DNA of 63,788 bases, counting the filler, from Octopus bimaculoides (taxonomy: Eukaryota): assembly GCF_001194135.2 (NCBI RefSeq). It is 7 parts of 7 records of this genome, joined end to end, with 100 filler letters (N's around TTAATTAATTAA, not from the genome) between each part and the next. Parts side by side here need not be neighbours in the genome. Positions count along the whole stretch, not along the records: positions 46,060 to 62,328 come from NC_069005.1; positions 62,429 to 63,788 come from NC_068992.1; 5 more parts are not named here. The stretch is one strand, 5' to 3'. Within the stretch, counting starts at the first letter, position 1; every line of letters starts with the position of its first letter. Positions 58,111 to 63,788 of this stretch are shown piece after piece. The notes under the pieces are model-generated. The model saw nothing but the letters and a program-made list of their open reading frames with translations. It was not told the DNA's origin and did no database searches. Made by a program: the position numbers and the translations under genes.

Positions 58111-58869
58111 ACTTATTAAGATAAGTAATAAATAACAAATCTACGAATGCAGCATTCCGTTTTAAGGTTGCATGCGGTTATGTAGCACTTATTGATTCTT
58201 TTGTAGTTTCGTCAAATCTTCTTTTCTAAATGCTCCTGTCTCTCTTTTGTTGTTCCAAATGTTGCTGTGTTTTAAATTCCAGGTCAATATAAACTGATAA
58301 ACCGCTGATCCAAATGCCGGATTTATGACTATTTCCGTTTTTCACAAGCCACTGTGTCATTTCCTATTAACATCCTTAAGATCCGATGAACGGCAGATAT
58401 AAGTAGATTTAAATGGTATTAATGGTTTACATTGAGCTTCTGCGTAGAGGTCCCCTCAGTAGTACTTGAGCTGCGTGTGTAGCCATGCAAAGTAAAGAAA
58501 TCCACCATAAGCAATCTATATCGTAGCGCTAATAAGTAGCAAACACGTGCAGCGAAGGATACGGCTTTGAGAGATTTGAATAAAAATAGGCTTCTTTTCT
58601 GGCCCCATATTGTTCTTACTCAAAATATTTCTGTACTCCAGCTATGATAATCACATGAATGATATTTATTTATCACATTCTCTATTGTTTATCTTCGGAC
58701 GTAGGGCACACTCCAAATGCTTATTTCTCCTAACAACACTCCAATCAATCTGTCTATTTGATTAATTGCTCTTAATGCATATCAGAATGGTCAATTATTC
58801 CCGCTGGTTATGAACGTCGGAAATGAAGGAATGACAATCATATAAATGGTATGGGTTTATTTTTGTTAA

Positions 58870-59010
58870 TGGGTCTAGCTGGTAGAGTCTTTAACACGCG
58901 GAACAAAATGCTTTATGAGTCCTTCAATTCTGAGTTCAAATTCCGCTGAATTCTTCATCATTTCCGCCTCGATAGACTAAAATACTAGGTCGATGTAACC
59001 GAGTGTTCCC
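58870..59010 (+). mobile_element. SINE family C, degraded
   Basis: GCTGGTAGAGTC..TTCTGAGTTCAAATTCCGC..GGTCGATGTAACCG. Confidence 0.6.
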
Positions 59011-59754
59011 TTCACCACATATTTCGACCCATGTGCCCATAGTCGGAGAGTTGTTGCTTCTGTCAGTCTTTTTCTTTTCTCCATGTTGCGTTTTGTATAC
59101 CCTCACATCATCCGCGATAAAATTATGTGTATTAATGTATAAATACTGGATATTAGCTAGACGAATATGTCCGTATAAGATGAGACCCCAACAGGACCTT
59201 ACTCTTCCTGATAAAGTAAGCTAGAGGAATCCATATATACGGAATTGTCTTGATATACTTACCGTGGTATATCTAACAAGTATTCTACGGCAAACATTCG
59301 TTTGCTTGGAGATGGGAATATTTGATCGTGATTTTGTGGCTTTTATGCTTTTTCCATTTGATATGAATTGACACTTCAGACACGATTGGTGGCTTATCTT
59401 TTGCTATACGTCAATGGCTGTGTTAAAAGGAAATTTGGAAAATTGATACCGATGAATCACAAAGATCATTGATCATGCGTGGCAGGAATTCAAACACGTT
59501 CGTTGTAAGGAGATAACGATAATGAATCGGGTCAGGGGTCGGTGGTGTTGGTGGGGACGGGAGAGCTGAGGATGGTGGCGGAAGTGTCGACAGTCGTGGC
59601 GTTGGAGGTGGTGGTGTTGATGGCAGTGGCGGGCGTGGTGATGATAATGATGATGGTGTGTGGTGATTGCTTCACTGATGACTGTTGTAGAGTCGGTTGT
59701 GGTGTCGATGATTATGATAAACATGATGATTATGATGATGTTGACACCAACGAA

Positions 59755-59811
59755 AATGACGACGACGACGACGACGACGATGACGAGTAGATGACGAATA
59801 TAATCGTAAAT

Positions 59812-59878
<67 letters not shown>

Positions 59879-59900
59879 CAACGATGATGACGAAGATCAC
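59755..59900. repeat. (GAC)n/(GAT)n microsatellite
   Basis: Direct reading. Confidence 0.95.
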
Positions 59901-60339
59901 GATCAGAACGACAAGGAACACGGCGACCATATCGACTATGATGATAAGGTGATGATAGAATCATATAAACTCGGTTCGATTGAAAAGCGAATATCGATCT
60001 TCGTCGAGAGGATTGTAGTATCACTGTTATGGGCAGCGAAGCATGCAAAACACTATCTGAACTCGGAACCAACGAGGGAGTCACAATGCAGTCGTTTGAT
60101 TTACTAGAAAGTGCAGCTATGTCAATCACATTTCAAATCCTACTGTCATACAACAAAAAATGTAGCAGGCAATGACGTCATGGATATAACAAGTATTTAC
60201 ATAAACGATGGTTTGGTCGCGGCTGCAACCGCTCTCAGAGTAGTTCTCTCCCCGATCAGAGTAGGAGTGTTATTATGCAGTACAACGTAAGCCGATGACA
60301 ATAATCCCGTAAATAATACTTTGTTTTCAAATGTGGGCA

Positions 60340-60540
60340 CAAGACTAGAAAATTAGAGGGGGGGGGGGGTTAAGTCGATTACATTAACCCCCAAGACTTG
60401 ACTGGTACTTATGTTATTGTCCTCCAAAGGATGAGAGGCAAAGTTGACCTCCGTGGAATTTCATCTCAGGACGTAAGCAGACAGAAGAAACTCGTCCTAG
60501 CATAGTCTTCGGCTAATAACGATGCTAGCAGCTCACTGCC
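60340..60540 (-). mobile_element. SINE family C, degraded
   Basis: AAGTCGATTACATT..GGCAAAGTTGACCTCCGTGGAATTT..CTAATAACGATGCTAGCAGCTCACTGCC. Confidence 0.7.
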
Positions 60541-61359
60541 CAACATAAGTATAATGAGAATATACCATAAACCACCTCTTTGCAAAGCGAACGTCTTAAA
60601 CGCACATTCATGTGTGCTCAGATAAACACAGCACGCAATTCTTTTTTTATCGTATTTCCATATTGTAACGCCTTCCTTAGTATTATACATACAGCAATAG
60701 CGACAACACAAATAGCATAACATTATCAAAAATTAATATCAAAACCTGAGTATAAACTTATGAACCTTTTCACAGGATGTGGCACTGAATAATTCCATAA
60801 ACACATAGTTTACCCACTCAGGATTATTATTACATTAACAAAGGTACGATGTACTTCAATAGCCAGTTTTATATCACAATGCAGCCTCTTAGAGGAGACA
60901 CGAATAAAATATACAGATAACGTTATGCTCGCGTATTATTATATTTTCTCGTTCATTTCCGCACATATGTGAACATATAATGGCGTTTATATAGCAACAT
61001 TGTGTGGGCTACTGACAGTTAGAAATAGATGTTAAGGCAACATAAATCTCCATAGGAAATCAATCATAGAAGTTAACAACTATTTTGCCATCACAAACGA
61101 ATATAATATATTTTATATCTGATGGTGTTTTGGAATTTATTAGGTTTTAAAATGCATTAAAATGTCATTAGATTTATAGAGGAAAAATTTTCGTGTGGAC
61201 ACACAAGTAATATCCGTAACAGATATAGACATACACACATGCATAGATACTGCCAGACATGCTTACATGTATGCATACGTGCATACTAACAGAAATACGT
61301 GGATGCCTACATACTCTCAAACGTATATGCTGGCATACATCATGTATGCATATAAATAT

Positions 61360-61425
<66 letters not shown>

Positions 61426-62280
61426 TCAATAAAGCCACATATATAGGCCCAGAACTATGTGTTTGTATANNNNNNNNNNNNNNNNNNNNNNNNNNNNNNN
61501 NNNNNNNNNNNNNNNNNNNNNNNNNNNNNNNNNNNNNNNNNNNNNNNNNNNNNNNNNNNNNNNNNNNNNNNNNNNNNNNNNNNNNNNNNNNNNNNNNNNN
61601 NNNNNNNNNNNNNNNNNNNNNNNNNNNNNNNNNNNNNNNNNNNNNNNNNNNNNNNNNNNNTATACATATATATATATATATATATACATACACACACACA
61701 TTTGTGTGTATGCTTACATATATACATTGACTGTGCGTTTATATATATATACATACACACACACATTTGTGTGTATGCTTACATATATACATTGACTGTG
61801 CGTTTCTGTATATTTGTGTGCGTGTCAGCCTCTGTGTGTGTATGTGCGTGTGTCAGAGGATGTACGCAAAGAAATACGTAGTTTATACATATTTTCGTAG
61901 ATACATATACGTACATAGCCACGTACACACAAACACAATATTATTCATAAAAACCGTGTTGAGAACATAACGTGGAAATAAAACAAACGACAGGAAGCGA
62001 AATATATGAAAACCAAAAAATATTTCACCAAAAGACCCGAATAGAAGCAAGGAAAATTATCCAAACGAACGCTGTTGGAAGATATATTGTGAAAGTAATT
62101 ATATTCACATTACACTTATGTAACTTCACAATGATGTTAAAATTCATATTACCAACATTTATCATAGATTTCAATTGTGCACATCCATAAAATAAAAGTA
62201 CAAGTAAGCGCGGGCTTCTATTTTAATCGAGCCATCGATACACACACAAACACAAACAAACACACACAGACACACACACA

Positions 62281-62328
<48 letters not shown>

Positions 62329-62700
62329 NNNNNNNNNNNNNNNNNNNNNNNNNNNNNNNNNNNNNNNNNNNNTTAATTAATTAANNNNNNNNNNNNNNNN
62401 NNNNNNNNNNNNNNNNNNNNNNNNNNNNAGTTTCAATTAGAGCAGAGACATTCGTGAAAGTGAAGTGAAACGATATCAATGCGTGTTGCAAATATAAACC
62501 TGCGAATATCAAATAACAAGCAGATCATGCTCAGTAAGTGATCTGATATATGCGTACACACACACACACACACACGCACACACGCACACACACACACACG
62601 CACACACACACACACACATGTGTATATATATACATTTATATATACATACCTACATGCATATATACATACACACACACATATGTGTGCGTATATGTATATA

Positions 62701-63788
62701 TTGGGTCATACCACAATTCATGCAGTTTTTTTTCAATTGCCTGACCTAAAAGTCGGAGGGGAACGGAACAAACTACTTGCATCAACTTGACATAAAAGTG
62801 GCTAGTGATTATAACTTGTACTTATTCTCAGTGCAAGTTCTGAAGAGTGCAGTTCGATTTTTAACAGTTACATTTTCAATGCTATAATGGAAGTGACAAA
62901 TGAGCATATTCAGCATATTTTACTTTGAGTTTAATAAAGGCAACAATGCAATGGAAAGTGCGTGGAATATTAATGCAGTATATGGTGATTGGACAATAAG
63001 CGTAAGCCAGTGTCAACGGTAGTTCCAGAAATTCCGAGCCGGAACCTACAGCCTGGAAGACGAGCCTCGTCCTAGAAGATCTGTAGAGCTCGACGATGAC
63101 GTCCTGCAAACCCTGGTGGAACACAAACCCACCGTGATTGTCGAGGAACTAGCAGAGAAGCTTGGATTTGGTCATTCAACCGTTCATCGACATCTGCTTG
63201 CCATCGGAAAAGTCAGCAAATTGAGTCAAAGCGTTCCTCACAAACTTTTCGAGTTTATGCGCGTAGAGAGTGAATGTGTGCTCTTCTCTGCTGTCACGTC
63301 TCATGAATGAACCTTTTTCAGAGCGAATAGTAACTGGTGATGAGAAATGGGTTCTCTATAAATATGCCAAGCGCCGAATGGAAAGGAAAAACACCGGTAC
63401 CTCAGACTGAAGAAGGTCTTCACCCCACGTAAGGTGTTATCTGTATGGTGGGATATGAAAGGTTTAGTACACTTTGAACTTTTAAACCCAAACCAAACGA
63501 TAACAAAGGAGATCTACTGCGAGCAGCTTGAGCGGCTTAAGTCAGCGCTAGAAGAAAAATGACCATCTTTGGTTTCAAGATGAAAGGTGTTTTTCCTTCA
63601 GGTTAATGCTCGGCTACATATAGCGAGGATGACATTCCAACATTCCAATGGCTGAGGCAGTTTGAATGGGAAACGATTCCTTGCCCACCATATCCACCAG
63701 ACATTGCCCCATCTGATTATCATTTATTCTGCAGTCTTCAAAATCATTTGGACGGAAAAAATATGAATTCTGATGACGAGTTCAGAAT
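62701..63788 (+). mobile_element. Mariner (DD34D-type) transposon, decayed, running off the window end
   Basis: TA|TTGGGTCATACCACAATTCATGC TIR. ATG at 62887, then MEVTNEHI..EFNKGNNA..LEDEPR..IVTGDEKWVLY..VWWDMKG..PDIAPSDYHLF. Contains stops and frameshifts. Confidence 0.92.

Noticed and set aside
59473-60129. 218-aa His/Ile-rich minus ORF
   Set aside because: Mostly (GAT)n/(GAC)n/(GGT)n repeats. The nearest acceptor is followed by stops in all frames, and no family motif was recognised.
60466-60729. Cys-rich minus ORF (LCYLCCRYCC...)
   Set aside because: Cysteines arise from TG-rich composition, the 3' third overlaps a SINE, and there is no splice or motif support.

Overview
Eukaryotic, AT-rich, repeat-saturated scaffold window with roughly 10% N in about 22 gaps. 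The SINE families and extreme microsatellite load suggest a coleoid cephalopod, most likely Octopus; this is inferred, not searched. No intact multi-exon host gene is recognisable, and most long entries in the ORF track are N-gaps or microsatellites. The recognisable coding material is decayed transposable elements: two RTE-type LINEs carrying a PHD-like finger inside the RT, another RTE fragment, a DD37E (TRT-type) Tc1, a second Tc1, two mariners, hAT fragments, a CR1-like 3' end, a Penelope-like GIY-YIG relic, a CsRn1-type Gypsy with one LTR, an R4/Dong-like REL LINE, a Helitron helicase relic and an ORF1-only gag-like element. There are also more than 20 tRNA-derived SINE pieces and several foldback/MITE-like structures. 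The most notable signal is four different minimal type-I hammerhead-ribozyme-like motifs: one at the 3' end of the Penelope relic and three in short cassettes next to microsatellites. One possible host terminal exon (VWC/SVWC-like YPxCCP motif) lies at 38449-38526 on the minus strand. All calls are by eye; no alignment, folding or database search was run, and SINE boundaries are approximate (+/-10-20 bp).
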